Source: a virus. Taken from it: a DNA stretch of 37,761 nt. The stretch lies in IMG/VR virus record IMGVR_UViG_3300045988_134855. One strand, given 5' to 3'. The notes under the pieces were generated by a model. It saw nothing but the letters and a program-made list of their open reading frames with translations, did not search any database and was not told the origin of the DNA. Every line of letters starts with the position of its first letter. Positions within the stretch are counted from its first letter, which is position 1. Both the position numbers and the translations under genes were made by a program. Shown here piece after piece: positions 1-9,668 of the stretch.

Positions 1-11
1 TAAAGTGTAAA

Positions 12-54
12 CTAATAGCTGTAGTTACTATAAATAGCAAACTACAGTTATTTT
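12..54 (+). terminator. Possible hairpin terminator 3' of the integrase gene
   Basis: CTGTAGTT...AACTACAG inverted repeat followed by a T-rich run. Confidence 0.4.
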
Positions 55-96
55 TGTTCAATTTAAAATCTCCAAAATAATGCAATTTTAATGCAA

Positions 97-1242
97 CTAG
101 ATGTCTAAATCTAAGTTTAATGCAATATTTTTAACACATTTTTCTACTTCATTGTCCCTGTATTTGTCAAAAATAGTTGTATAAGTATTTATTGTTGTTG
201 TTATATTTTTATGCCCCAAAAGTTTTTGTAAAATTTCTGCTGGCATACCATTTTCTATACACCTTGTTGCGTAAGTGTGTCTAAGCATGTGTATATGAAT
301 AGGTCTTTCTGTTATTTTTGGTTCTGCATTACATAGCCTTTTAAAAAAGCAGTTGGCATTATTAGTAGCAAATAATGTGAGATTTTGTGTTGTAAAAATT
401 ACATTGTTTTTATTTTTTTTCATATTATTCAATGCATTTACTATATTTTCTCTAAAAAGGGTTGTAATAGGTATGTCTCTGTACGAATTTGAAGTTTTGG
501 TAGCTTTTCCTAAAATAGTATTAGAATTTTTGTCCCTGGACAATGTTTTATTAATGTGAATGATGTTGTGTTCTAGATCAATATCATCTGGAGTTAATGC
601 TAATATTTCTCCAATTCTCATACCAGAAAACATTGCTATAGAAAACATGTCACCATACTTACTATCTTTAAAACGATTAATTAACTCTTTTTGTTCATTA
701 ATGGAAAAGGCATCTACTTTTTTAGTTTCCTTTATTGATACAGGAATTATAACATTTTTCATTGGGTTTTTATATATGTAATCTCTATTTATTGACTCAT
801 CAAATATAGTGTTAAGTTGAATGACTATTTTATTTATATATGAATTTGAAAGATGAGTTATAGTATTTAAAAAATCTTGAATATTTTTAAATGTTACTTT
901 TTGAATAGGTGTATTTCCTAATGTTGTATCTTTAATTTTGTTCAGTGAATGACTAATAGTTCCATAAGATGTTTCTTTAATTTTATTAGTTTTTATTTTA
1001 GTTTCCAATAATTCTAAACCTAACTGATAAACGGTTATATTATTTTTATTAATAACGATTCCTTTTTGATATTCACTTAGTTTTTGAACTATTTTCTCTT
1101 TAACTTCTTTTCTCGTATTTCCATACACAGATTTTCTATTTAAAGAACCATCTGCTTTTCTACCAGCTGTAAATTGCCCAACCCATTTATTTAATTTTTC
1201 ACTATAGTAAATCGTACCTTCACCATTTCCTCTTTTTGCCAT
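97..1242 (-). CDS. int: Tyrosine recombinase / phage integrase
   Basis: 381 aa; Arm-DNA-binding-like N-terminus, catalytic motifs MSIAMFSGMRIGEI, HIHMLRHTYATRCIENG, LGHKNITTTINTYTT. Confidence 0.97.
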   Translation of the reverse strand: MAKRGNGEGTIYYSEKLNKWVGQFTAGRKADGSLNRKSVYGNTRKEVKEKIVQKLSEYQKGIVINKNNITVYQLGLELLETKIKTNKIKETSYGTISHSLNKIKDTTLGNTPIQKVTFKNIQDFLNTITHLSNSYINKIVIQLNTIFDESINRDYIYKNPMKNVIIPVSIKETKKVDAFSINEQKELINRFKDSKYGDMFSIAMFSGMRIGEILALTPDDIDLEHNIIHINKTLSRDKNSNTILGKATKTSNSYRDIPITTLFRENIVNALNNMKKNKNNVIFTTQNLTLFATNNANCFFKRLCNAEPKITERPIHIHMLRHTYATRCIENGMPAEILQKLLGHKNITTTINTYTTIFDKYRDNEVEKCVKNIALNLDLDI

Positions 1243-1274
1243 ATAAGCCTCCTAAAAAAGCAGTATTTCTACTG

Positions 1275-1682
1275 CTAAATATAATTATTTTCTTTATAGT
1301 AGTTATAAGCTGTATTAACTAGTTCTTCGCTTACACCTAATTCTTCTGCAATCTGATAAGAATACTGACAGCCTTCTTCTTCCAACTTTAGTAGAGAAGA
1401 GGCAGGAGCTAGAGTAGAAAAAGCCCACTTATGAGCCCTGTATTCTTTTTTTCTTATAGTTTCTTCATCAGAGTTAATATCGTATAGGGCGTTACAATAA
1501 TAATGACCGAGTTCTTCAGCAAGTATCTCTTTTTCTTCGCGAGAATTATCAAAATTTGAGTAATTAAGTCCTATATAATATTCTTTATCTATTTCACAAA
1601 TAATCGCCTTATTTTTCATTTTATGATTAATTATAGGTATGTTTTCTTTGTCGGCGATTGAATATAATTTATCTAATTCCAT
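1275..1682 (-). CDS. ImmA/IrrE family metallopeptidase
   Basis: AEELGHYYC zinc motif; located between the integrase and CI-like repressor genes. Confidence 0.88.
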   Translation of the reverse strand: MELDKLYSIADKENIPIINHKMKNKAIICEIDKEYYIGLNYSNFDNSREEKEILAEELGHYYCNALYDINSDEETIRKKEYRAHKWAFSTLAPASSLLKLEEEGCQYSYQIAEELGVSEELVNTAYNYYKENNYI

Positions 1683-1706
1683 AAATTACCTCGAAAAATA
1701 TCAATT

Positions 1707-1985
1707 CTATAATTCATAAGGTTCTATTCCATAACTTTCAATTTGTTCTCTTAATAATTGAATTAATTCTTGACTATATTCATAATCGTGTCGTAAGTTA
1801 TCTAATTCACTATTTAATGAATTTCGTTCATCTTCAAGTTTTGTATTATCTTCCTTTAGTTCTTCTATTTCCATTTCTAATAATTCACTTTTTGAATATC
1901 TTGGATTTTTTTCTTCAAAGTTATAAATATAAATAATTAATAAAACAATTATCACAAAAACAATTATTTTCCCAATACTTTTCAT
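1707..1985 (-). CDS. Small membrane-anchored coiled-coil protein
   Basis: N-terminal TM segment followed by a Glu/Lys-rich coiled coil; in the lysogeny operon. Confidence 0.6.
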   Translation of the reverse strand: MKSIGKIIVFVIIVLLIIYIYNFEEKNPRYSKSELLEMEIEELKEDNTKLEDERNSLNSELDNLRHDYEYSQELIQLLREQIESYGIEPYEL

Positions 1986-2008
1986 ACTTTACTCCTCAAT
2001 ATTTAATA

Positions 2009-2347
2009 TTATTTATTTTTTCTATTCTTAACCATCTTGTAGAACTCTAAAGCTTCTTTTATCTCATCTTCAGATAGTCCTTCAATTTCTTTATGATACG
2101 CAAATTTAAAATCTTCTTCTATGTTTTTTATATCAGTTTTGCATAAAATATAATCTATGCTACAGTTAAATATCTCAGACAACTTTACTAATACTTCTAA
2201 ACTAGGTTTTCTACTTTCATTTTCATACATTGCAATACTGCTCATAGCACAGTTTAATTTATGTGCTAAATCTAGTTGTGTCCATTTATTTTCTTCTCGT
2301 AATTGTTTTATTCTATTCATAGTATCACTCTCCATATTATATAACAA
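2009..2347 (-). CDS. XRE/CI-type phage repressor
   Basis: HTH: IKQLREENKWTQLDLAHKLNCAMSSIAMYENESRKPSLEVLVKLSEIFNCSIDYIL. Confidence 0.92.
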   Translation of the reverse strand: MLYNMESDTMNRIKQLREENKWTQLDLAHKLNCAMSSIAMYENESRKPSLEVLVKLSEIFNCSIDYILCKTDIKNIEEDFKFAYHKEIEGLSEDEIKEALEFYKMVKNRKNK

Positions 2348-2730
2348 TTATACACTAATAGTGTATAATTGTAAATATTTTTTGAAAAAATTTTACTTAG
2401 AGTGACAAGGGATACATCACTTTTGGTGAAAATAAGAAAAAATATTTCACTAAAAGTGTTGACAAAAGAAAAAACATGATATATACTCTTAGTGAAGTTA
2501 AGAGAAAGGAGAAAAAATATGGCAAGAGATAAATTAAAAGAGTATAGAATTTCAATAAAAAAAACACAAAGCCAAATGGCTAGAATATGGGGAATTACAT
2601 TATCTTTCTATGCTAAAATTGAAAGTGGGGATAAAAATCCAAGCATTCAAAAAATAAAACAATTTAAGCAAAATTTTCCAACAGCAAATACAGAAGAAAT
2701 TTTTTTAACCTAAAATATCACTAAAAGTGA
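2344..2730. promoter_or_regulatory. Lysogeny control region with repeated operator-like palindromes
   Basis: CACTAATAGTG in a 29-nt perfect palindrome at 2344-2372; TCACTTTTGGTGA at 2417-2429; TCACTAAAAGTGT at 2447-2459; TCACTAAAAGTGA at 2718-2730. TTGACA (2459-2464) -17- TATACT (2482-2487). Confidence 0.8.
2519..2713 (+). CDS. Cro-like XRE-family regulator
   Basis: MARDKLKEYRISIKKTQSQMARIWGITLSFYAKIESGDKNPSIQKIKQFKQNFP helix-turn-helix. Confidence 0.85.
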   Translation: MARDKLKEYRISIKKTQSQMARIWGITLSFYAKIESGDKNPSIQKIKQFKQNFPTANTEEIFLT

Positions 2731-2763
2731 AGAAAAACGAAATATTAAAGGAGAGTGATAAAA

Positions 2764-3012
2764 ATGTCAAAATGGGAAGATTTACCAGATGTTATTACAC
2801 CATTGGACTTAATGAAAGTCTTACCAATAGGAGAAGCAACAGCAAGAAATATGTTTAACGCAGAAGATTTTCCAAGGATTAAACACACAGGCGTAAAACA
2901 AATAGCAGACAAAGAAGCTGTTAGGTATTGGTGTATGGGCTTAGATGTAGGTGTTGAAGTAGTGAACAAGATTTTAGAAAAAATTGATAGGGGAGTGAAA
3001 ACAAATGATTAG
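2764..3012 (+). CDS. Excisionase-like / DNA-binding small protein
   Basis: PDVITPLDLMKVLPIGEATARNMFNAEDFPRIKHTGVKQIADKEAVRYWCM, wHTH-like. Confidence 0.6.
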   Translation: MSKWEDLPDVITPLDLMKVLPIGEATARNMFNAEDFPRIKHTGVKQIADKEAVRYWCMGLDVGVEVVNKILEKIDRGVKTND

Positions 3013-3190
3013 TTATTGGTTAGACATAATGTTGTGCAGTTTAGTAGTATTAGGAAGATTAGTACAAGCAATAGTAATAGCAATATTATTACAATACACA
3101 TTTAATAAGTTTTTAAATATTAATTTATTTAAAAGTTTTTGGAAACTTTCAGATAAATTAGACAAAAAAATAATAAAAATATTTGGATAG
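3005..3190 (+). CDS. Small hypothetical membrane protein
   Basis: ORF overlapping the upstream gene; hydrophobic segment. Confidence 0.45.
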   Translation: MISYWLDIMLCSLVVLGRLVQAIVIAILLQYTFNKFLNINLFKSFWKLSDKLDKKIIKIFG

Positions 3191-3202
3191 GGGGTGTGAA
3201 GA

Positions 3203-3412
3203 ATGTTTACAAAGAAAGACAGAAAAATAGCAAACTTAGAAGTAAAGGTAAAAAATAGGGATAAGGTAATTGAACATTGTGGTAGCAAGATAAAAGAACA
3301 AGAAGATTTTATTTGCCAAATCGTAGACTTAGCAACAGGCAACTATTGCGACAGACCAGATGTAATTTTAACAAAAATAAGAGAACTAGTAAGACCGCTA
3401 AATCAAAACTAG
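3203..3412 (+). CDS. Hypothetical protein
   Basis: ORF preceded by a GGGGGTG-like RBS. Confidence 0.5.
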   Translation: MFTKKDRKIANLEVKVKNRDKVIEHCGSKIKEQEDFICQIVDLATGNYCDRPDVILTKIRELVRPLNQN

Positions 3413-3491
3413 TTCCAAAGTTTCAACAAATAATGTAACTTTAATTTATTATAGCAGAAACTTATTTAAAAATCAAGAGGAGGGCTTAAAA

Positions 3492-3641
3492 ATGCCAGAA
3501 CTAGATAATTTAATGGTTATGCCAGATGTTGAATACAACACAAACGAAGATTACTGGCAAAGACAAGATGAGATATGGGCAGAGAAAGAAGATAGAGCAT
3601 GGGAAGACATAAGAGATAATAATTTTGAGGAGGAAAGATAA
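3492..3641 (+). CDS. Small hypothetical acidic protein
   Basis: MPELDNLMVMPDVEYNTNEDYWQRQDEIWAEKEDRAWEDIRDNNFEEER; RBS aggagg upstream. Confidence 0.5.
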   Translation: MPELDNLMVMPDVEYNTNEDYWQRQDEIWAEKEDRAWEDIRDNNFEEER

Positions 3642-3642
3642 A

Positions 3643-4476
3643 ATGAGCAATGATAATCAAGAACTAATAGTAGTAAAACAATTACCTTTAATCGAAGAAC
3701 ATTTAAAAGAATTATCAGTTAAAATAGATGAAAAGGTTAAAAGTGCAAAAAGTTTAATTTGTACAGAAGAAACTGTAAAGGAAGTAAAGCAGGTAAGAGC
3801 AGACTTAAATAAAGAGTTTAAAGAACTAGAAACACAAAGAAAGTTAGTGAAAGAACAAGTATTGACACCATATATGCAATTTGAAGAAATTTATAAACAA
3901 TATGTATCAGATAAATACAGAAATGCTGACATTGAATTAAAAAGCAAAGTAGATAGTATAGAAAATGAGCTAAAAGTAAAAAAAGAGCAAGAGATAAAGG
4001 ATTATTTTGAAGAATATAAAACAGCTAATAATATTGATTTTATCACATATGAACAAGCTAGAATAAATGTGACATTATCAGCAAGCATAAAAAGCTTAAA
4101 AGAACAAGCAAAACAATTTATAGACAAAATAGTAGATGATTTGAAGCTAATTGAAACACAAGAACATAAAACAGAAATATTAGTTGAATATAAACAATTA
4201 CTAAATGTATCACAAGCAATAACAAGTGTAACAAATAGATTTAAAGCTATTGAAGAAGAAAAGAAAAAAATAGAACAAGAAAAAGAACTTCAAAAATTTA
4301 TTTTGGATACTGCAAAAGAGTCAGACAAATATAGTGAACAAACAATATTAAATGCACCAGTAATAGAGAAAAAAACAGAAGAAATTTTAACATTAAAATT
4401 CACGGTAAGAGGAACAAAAACAAAATTAAGAGAGTTAAAACAATTTTTAGAAAATGGAGGATACGATTATGAGTAA
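3643..4476 (+). CDS. DUF1351-family phage protein
   Basis: Coiled-coil protein directly upstream of recT, ending in LKFTVRGTKTKLRELKQFLENGGYDYE. Confidence 0.85.
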   Translation: MSNDNQELIVVKQLPLIEEHLKELSVKIDEKVKSAKSLICTEETVKEVKQVRADLNKEFKELETQRKLVKEQVLTPYMQFEEIYKQYVSDKYRNADIELKSKVDSIENELKVKKEQEIKDYFEEYKTANNIDFITYEQARINVTLSASIKSLKEQAKQFIDKIVDDLKLIETQEHKTEILVEYKQLLNVSQAITSVTNRFKAIEEEKKKIEQEKELQKFILDTAKESDKYSEQTILNAPVIEKKTEEILTLKFTVRGTKTKLRELKQFLENGGYDYE

Positions 4477-5155
4477 TGAAATACAACAAAAAAATAATGA
4501 ATTAATGGTCAAATTTGATATTGACGGTAATGAAATAAAATTAACACCAAGTATAGTACAAGAGTACATAGTAGGAACAGATGCAAAAATAACAAATCAA
4601 GAATTTAAACTATTTACAGAACTTTGTAAAGTTAGAAAATTAAACCCATTCTTAAGAGAAGCATATCTAATTAAATATAAAGCAGGAGTACCAGCACAAT
4701 TAGTTGTTGGAAAAGATGCTATATTGAAAAGAGCAGTATTAAATTCAAATTATGATGGAATGGAAAGTGGAATTATAGTTCAAAAAGACGATGGAACAAT
4801 AGAAGAGAGACAAGGAACATTTAGATTAGGAACTGAACAACTTGTAGGTGGTTGGGCTAGAGTGTTTAGAAAAGATTGGTCACACCCTACATATTCAAGT
4901 GTAAGTTTTAACGAAGTAGCACAAAAAACAGGGCAAGGGCAATTAAATTCAAATTGGGGAAGCAAAGGAGCAACAATGGTTGAAAAGGTAGCAAAAGTAA
5001 GAGCATTGAGAGAAACATTCGTTGAAGACTTAGCAGGAATGTACGAGGCAGAAGAAATGCAGCAAGAAATTCCTCAGCAAGAACCTATTGAGATACAAGC
5101 AGAAATAGAAGAACAAACAGAAGATACAAAAGAGGTATCAATGAATGAACTATAA
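4469..5155 (+). CDS. recT: RecT/Bet-family single-strand annealing recombinase
   Basis: TNQEFKLFTELCKVRKLNPFLREAYLIKY...VVGKDAILKRA...GGWARVFRKDWSHPTYSSVSFNEV; Bet-type motif. Confidence 0.93.
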   Translation: MSNEIQQKNNELMVKFDIDGNEIKLTPSIVQEYIVGTDAKITNQEFKLFTELCKVRKLNPFLREAYLIKYKAGVPAQLVVGKDAILKRAVLNSNYDGMESGIIVQKDDGTIEERQGTFRLGTEQLVGGWARVFRKDWSHPTYSSVSFNEVAQKTGQGQLNSNWGSKGATMVEKVAKVRALRETFVEDLAGMYEAEEMQQEIPQQEPIEIQAEIEEQTEDTKEVSMNEL

Positions 5156-5781
5156 AGTTATATCAAGTTGTAGCACTGGAAATGCAGCAATAATAAGAGA
5201 CATAATTTTAATAGATTGTGGAGTTACTTTTAAAAGATTAGAGAAATATTATAAACAATTAAAAATAGTACTCCTCACACATATACATCGGAGACCATTT
5301 CAAAAAAGAAACAATAAAGAAATTAGCACAAGAAAGACCAACATTAAGATTTGCTTGTTGCAAATGGCTATTAAAACCACTTTTAGAATGTGGAGTTGAA
5401 AGAAAAAATATAGATGTACTTGAAATTGGAACAAGATACGACTATAGGTTATTTAAAATAGTACCAATAAAATTATATCATGATGTACCACAATGTGGTT
5501 ATAGAGTACTATTTGATGATTATAAAGTTATATATATGACAGATACAAAAACAGTCGAAGGAATAAGTGCTAAAAATTATGATTTATATCTTGTTGAAGG
5601 TAATTACGACGAAGACGAAATTGAAGAAAGAATAAAAGAAAAGCAACAAGATTGTAAATATGTTTATGAATTTAGAGCAAAAGATAGTCATTTAAGTAAA
5701 CAACAAGCTAGTGAATTTTTATTAAATAACATGGGAGAAAATTCAGAATATGTTTTAATGCATCAACATGTGGAGAGGTAA
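5145..5781 (+). CDS. Phage metallo-beta-lactamase-fold hydrolase, recoded: single +1 shift at CGG 5289-5291
   Basis: ...VLLTHIH + [C]GGA -> G-DHFKKETIKKLAQERPTLRFACCKWLLKPLLECGVERKNIDVLEIG...; 211 aa after skipping C5289. Without the shift the HxHxDH motif is destroyed. Confidence 0.9.
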
Positions 5782-5783
5782 AT

Positions 5784-6335
5784 ATGCAAACTACAGGAAT
5801 TATAAATGATATTAGTATAGATTTTGACACACGAAAACCAAAAGTAAGCATAGTTTTAGATACGAATGAGATAAGTGTTGTCGAACAACTTAAAAACGAA
5901 AATAAGCTAAATATTGAGCTAAAGAAATGGTATAAAAAGAGGTCCTTAGATGCTAATTCATATTGTTGGGTTCTATGTGATTTAATTGCAAAAAAATTAA
6001 CAACAAATGATGCAGTAATAACAAAAGAAGATATATACAAAGATGCAATTTCAAATATAGGTACATTTCAAGCTATGATAGTAGAAGAAAAAGCATTTGA
6101 AGATTTTAAGAGAATATGGGAAAGACAAGGCTTAGGATTTCTAGTTAGGGAAGTATCAAGAAAAGATAAGTGCGTAAAAGTACAAGCTTACTATGGCTCT
6201 AGTACATACAACACAAAAGAAATGAGTTTGTTGATTGAATTACTAATACAAGAATGTAAGCAATTAGAAATAGAAACCAAAACACCAGCTGAAATCAAGA
6301 GTTTGTTAGACAGTTGGAGTGGCACTAATAGATGA
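5784..6335 (+). CDS. NinB-like phage recombination/ssDNA-binding protein
   Basis: KKWYKKRSLDANSYCWVLCDLIAKKL pattern; in a recombination gene cluster. Confidence 0.65.
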   Translation: MQTTGIINDISIDFDTRKPKVSIVLDTNEISVVEQLKNENKLNIELKKWYKKRSLDANSYCWVLCDLIAKKLTTNDAVITKEDIYKDAISNIGTFQAMIVEEKAFEDFKRIWERQGLGFLVREVSRKDKCVKVQAYYGSSTYNTKEMSLLIELLIQECKQLEIETKTPAEIKSLLDSWSGTNR

Positions 6336-6396
6336 ACAAAACTCCCCTTTTTATTGTTATTGTTAGTGCCACGCGCCCTTTAAATAAGGAGGCAAT

Positions 6397-6608
6397 ATGA
6401 AATCGATATTACAAGAAGAAAAAAGATGTTATATATGTGGACTATATAGTCCAGTAGAAGAACATCATATATATTTTGGAAATCCGAACAGAAGAATATC
6501 AGAAGAAAATGGATTTAAAGTTAAAAGAAACTTGTGAAAAAAAAGTATATAAATCTGGGACATACAAAAGAAGAATTTATAAATTTAATAGGTAAAAATT
6601 ATTTATAG
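6397..6608 (+). pseudogene. Remnant of a small phage HNH-type recombination endonuclease
   Basis: Begins MKSILQEEKRCYICGLYSPVEEHHIYFGNPNRRISEENGFKV. The other frame ends KLVKKKYINLGHTKEEFINLIGKNYL*. The central HNH segment is missing and the frame is broken; no CGG here. Confidence 0.55.
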
Positions 6609-6619
6609 GAGGATTTAAA

Positions 6620-7216
6620 ATGAAATTTAACATAGGAGATAAAGTAAGGGTAGTTAGATGCAGGACACACGTAAATTGTAAAAATAATAATACAATAAGG
6701 AATATTATTGGTATAGTTGCAAATAGATGTTATCCATACGAACTTGAAGGTGTTAATGAGCTTTTTAGAGAAGATGAGTTAGAACTAGTGCAAGAAAAAC
6801 AATTTACAAAAGCTGATTTAAAAGACGGAGATAAATGTACATTAAAAAATGGACAAGTTATATTTGTTGACAAGACTTCAAATTATGGTTTTAGCAACAT
6901 TAATGAACAATTAAAATATTTTAATGATGATGTAAGTATCGTCAAGGTAGAAAGACCAGTAAAATATGAAACAATGTTTGAAAGAAAAGAAGAGATATTA
7001 GACGAGGTAGAGAAGAAGTATTTAGCAGATGTTGTTAGACCTTTTAGGAGTAAAGTTAGATCTGTTTATAAGATGGCTTCTATTTGTAGCAATAAAGAAT
7101 TTATAAATATACAACTGAGAGATGAGAATTTTACTTTACCATACTTTAAAAAAGGAACAATGTACAAAGAAATGCAAACAGGTAAACGATACACATTAGA
7201 AAAATTAGGAATATAA
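6620..7216 (+). CDS. Hypothetical phage protein
   Basis: 198 aa ORF with RBS. Confidence 0.6.
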   Translation: MKFNIGDKVRVVRCRTHVNCKNNNTIRNIIGIVANRCYPYELEGVNELFREDELELVQEKQFTKADLKDGDKCTLKNGQVIFVDKTSNYGFSNINEQLKYFNDDVSIVKVERPVKYETMFERKEEILDEVEKKYLADVVRPFRSKVRSVYKMASICSNKEFINIQLRDENFTLPYFKKGTMYKEMQTGKRYTLEKLGI

Positions 7217-7270
7217 CAACAAGGGCTAGACAACAAAAACTAGCCCTTTATTTTACGAAAGGAGAAAACA

Positions 7271-8002
7271 ATGAAAGACCCAGCATTTCTATTTTATAGT
7301 AGCGATTTTCTTTCTGGAACGATGTTAATGACAGATGAAGAAATAGGGCAATATATAAAATTAATATGTTTACAACATCAAAAAGGTCATTTGAAAGAGA
7401 AAGATATATTAAACATATGTAAAACACATAATGAAGAAATTTTCTCCAAATTTAAAATTGATGAAGAAGGCAATTACTATAATGAAAGACTAGAAACAGA
7501 AATTAATAAACGCAAAGCATATTCAGAAAGTAGAAGAAATAACAGAAAGAAAAAAGAAGAGAAAACAACATATGAAGAAGATATGAAAAACATATGTAAT
7601 TCATATGAAGAACATATGGAAAATGAAAATATAAATATAAATAAAAATATAATTAAAAATAAAGATAGAGATAAAGGGGTTATAGGGGAAGAAGAGGAAG
7701 AGACAAAAATCTTAGACATGTGGGAGACACAATTTAATGACTTTTATAGCCTATATCCTAAAAAGGTAAAAAAGCAAGATGTGAAGAAATGGTTTCAAAA
7801 AAATAAACCATCGAATGAATTGTTTAGTTCTATGTTATATAGTTTGGAACAATTTAGGGCCAGTAAAGAATGGCAAAAAGATGGTGGACAATTTATTCCA
7901 TATCCTTCTACCTGGTTAAATCAAAAAAGGTGGGAAGACGAAGGTATAGAACAAATGAGACCAATGTCAGCACTACAGAGAGCTTTCGAAGAAGGGAGAT
8001 AA
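7271..8002 (+). CDS. Replisome organizer / DnaD-like replication protein (DUF1376-like N-terminus)
   Basis: MKDPAFLFYSSDFLSGTMLMTDEEIGQYIKLICLQHQKGHL; linker; WLNQKRWEDE C-terminus. Confidence 0.8.
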   Translation: MKDPAFLFYSSDFLSGTMLMTDEEIGQYIKLICLQHQKGHLKEKDILNICKTHNEEIFSKFKIDEEGNYYNERLETEINKRKAYSESRRNNRKKKEEKTTYEEDMKNICNSYEEHMENENININKNIIKNKDRDKGVIGEEEEETKILDMWETQFNDFYSLYPKKVKKQDVKKWFQKNKPSNELFSSMLYSLEQFRASKEWQKDGGQFIPYPSTWLNQKRWEDEGIEQMRPMSALQRAFEEGR

Positions 8003-8003
8003 A

Positions 8004-8552
8004 ATGACAAGACAAGAAACAGTAGTAATATTAACTCTACTTGCTGGAAACTATGAGAGTTTTGCTAAAAGAACCGAAACAGATGAACAAGTAAAAATAA
8101 TGGTAGATACATGGCAAGAGTGTTTAGGGGATTTAGATTATAACTTAGTTTTACAAGCAGTAAAGAAAACGATAATTGAAAGCCCATATCCTCCTACAAT
8201 TCATGAAATTAGAAAAAATGCAGTAGAAATGATAAATCCAAGCACATCAAGAACAGCTATTGAAGCATGGAACGAAGCATATAAAATGATTTGTTCTGGC
8301 TCATATATGACACAAGAGCAGTTTGATATGGCAAGTCCAGAGGTCAAAAGATTTTTCGGAGATGTTAGGCAAGTAAAAGAACTAGCGCAAACAGATATAG
8401 CAACAGTAAATAGTGTAACAAAGGGGCAATTCTTAAAACAATATGAGGTTATAGTAAATAGAGAAAAAGAGCAAAAACTATTACCACAACAAATGCAAAA
8501 TTTTATAGAACAAATTGCGGATAAAATAAGTGTAAAACAGATAGGAGTGTGA
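8004..8552 (+). CDS. Replicative helicase loader/inhibitor-like (G39P-like)
   Basis: ILTLLAGNYESFAKRTE...WQECLGDLDYNLVLQAVKKTIIESPYPPTIHEIRKNA. Confidence 0.7.
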   Translation: MTRQETVVILTLLAGNYESFAKRTETDEQVKIMVDTWQECLGDLDYNLVLQAVKKTIIESPYPPTIHEIRKNAVEMINPSTSRTAIEAWNEAYKMICSGSYMTQEQFDMASPEVKRFFGDVRQVKELAQTDIATVNSVTKGQFLKQYEVIVNREKEQKLLPQQMQNFIEQIADKISVKQIGV

Positions 8553-8559
8553 TTAACAA

Positions 8560-8880
8560 ATGATTACAGCAGAAACAAGACAAATGAGTTTTAATGACAT
8601 ACAAGATAAAGCAAAAATAAGATATATACAAATTTTAAATAGATTGGAGAAACCTAAAACAGCAAAGGAATTAGCAGTAGAACTATTTGATTTAGGTTTT
8701 ACAAATACAACAGAGAGGAATTATACAGCACCAAGATTAACAGAATTAGAGAAAATGGGATATGTAAAAACAATAGGTAAAAAGAAATGCGATTATACAG
8801 GTAAGACAGTAGCAGTATATGAGAGAACACAGTCAGGATTTGAGGCATTGAATTACGAACATATTCCAAGAATAGATTAG
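8560..8880 (+). CDS. Winged-HTH hypothetical protein
   Basis: RYIQILNRLEKPKTAKELAVELFDLGFTNTTERNYTAPRLTELEKMGYVKTIG. Confidence 0.65.
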   Translation: MITAETRQMSFNDIQDKAKIRYIQILNRLEKPKTAKELAVELFDLGFTNTTERNYTAPRLTELEKMGYVKTIGKKKCDYTGKTVAVYERTQSGFEALNYEHIPRID

Positions 8881-8889
8881 GAGGTAGTT

Positions 8890-9111
8890 ATGATAATAGT
8901 AAGTCAAGATAGAGAAGATATTATAAATTTTGATAATGTGAAAATGATAAACAGGGAAGAAAATAGAATTTCAGTTGATGCTAATTTTGGTAGAGGCGAT
9001 TTCTATTGTATAGCAGAGTATGATACAGAAGAAAGAGCTGGAGAAATATTAAGAGATATTGTACATTGGTATGAGATAGATGCTAAAGTGTACAATATGC
9101 CAGAGGACTAG
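8890..9111 (+). CDS. Hypothetical protein
   Basis: 73 aa ORF with upstream gaggtag RBS. Confidence 0.5.
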   Translation: MIIVSQDREDIINFDNVKMINREENRISVDANFGRGDFYCIAEYDTEERAGEILRDIVHWYEIDAKVYNMPED

Positions 9112-9114
9112 CCT

Positions 9115-9276
9115 ATGAAACAAATAGAAAAGAATACACTATGTTACTATTGTCTAGGCTGTAACAAACAAGCAGATACAGACTATAAGCCAGTAATGAG
9201 ATGCAAAGATTTTGTAGCAGGAGTTGAAAACTGGCAAGAAAAATTACGAGAGGAGCTAAAGAAAAAATGCCTATAG
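9115..9276 (+). CDS. Small Cys-rich hypothetical protein
   Basis: MKQIEKNTLCYYCLGCNKQADTDYKPVMRCKDFVAGVENWQEKLREELKKKCL. Confidence 0.45.
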   Translation: MKQIEKNTLCYYCLGCNKQADTDYKPVMRCKDFVAGVENWQEKLREELKKKCL

Positions 9277-9668
9277 AAGATTTAATGAACTATATGCTTA
9301 ATTTATTCAACAATACAGCTAAAGAATTAAGTGAGGAATACGAAAAGCTGAGCCAAAAAGATATGGAATTATCAGATTTAGATCATTATATAGAAAGTCG
9401 CAATTTGAAAGCTCCTCAATTAGCAAAAGTAGGGAGACTAAGAAAAACATTAAGAGAAGAACGCAGACAAATTAAAAACAACATAGACACCATAGAGGTA
9501 ATAAAGAAGTTTACAGACAAGTACAATAACAAGTTAATAACAGGAGATATAATACAAAATCTAAAAGAACAGGGTGTTTTAAGAAAACGACAAGAAAACC
9601 CAACATATAAGTATAGGACAAGTATATTAGATAGATTGGAGATAAAAGATGAACAAGTACAAAAATAG
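9267..9668 (+). CDS. Hypothetical coiled-coil phage protein
   Basis: 133 aa ORF. Confidence 0.6.
   Translation: MPIEDLMNYMLNLFNNTAKELSEEYEKLSQKDMELSDLDHYIESRNLKAPQLAKVGRLRKTLREERRQIKNNIDTIEVIKKFTDKYNNKLITGDIIQNLKEQGVLRKRQENPTYKYRTSILDRLEIKDEQVQK

Noticed and set aside
1-96. attL/attR core direct repeat
   Set aside because: I could not find a convincing direct repeat between the integrase-proximal end and the right end; the attachment site may lie outside the window.
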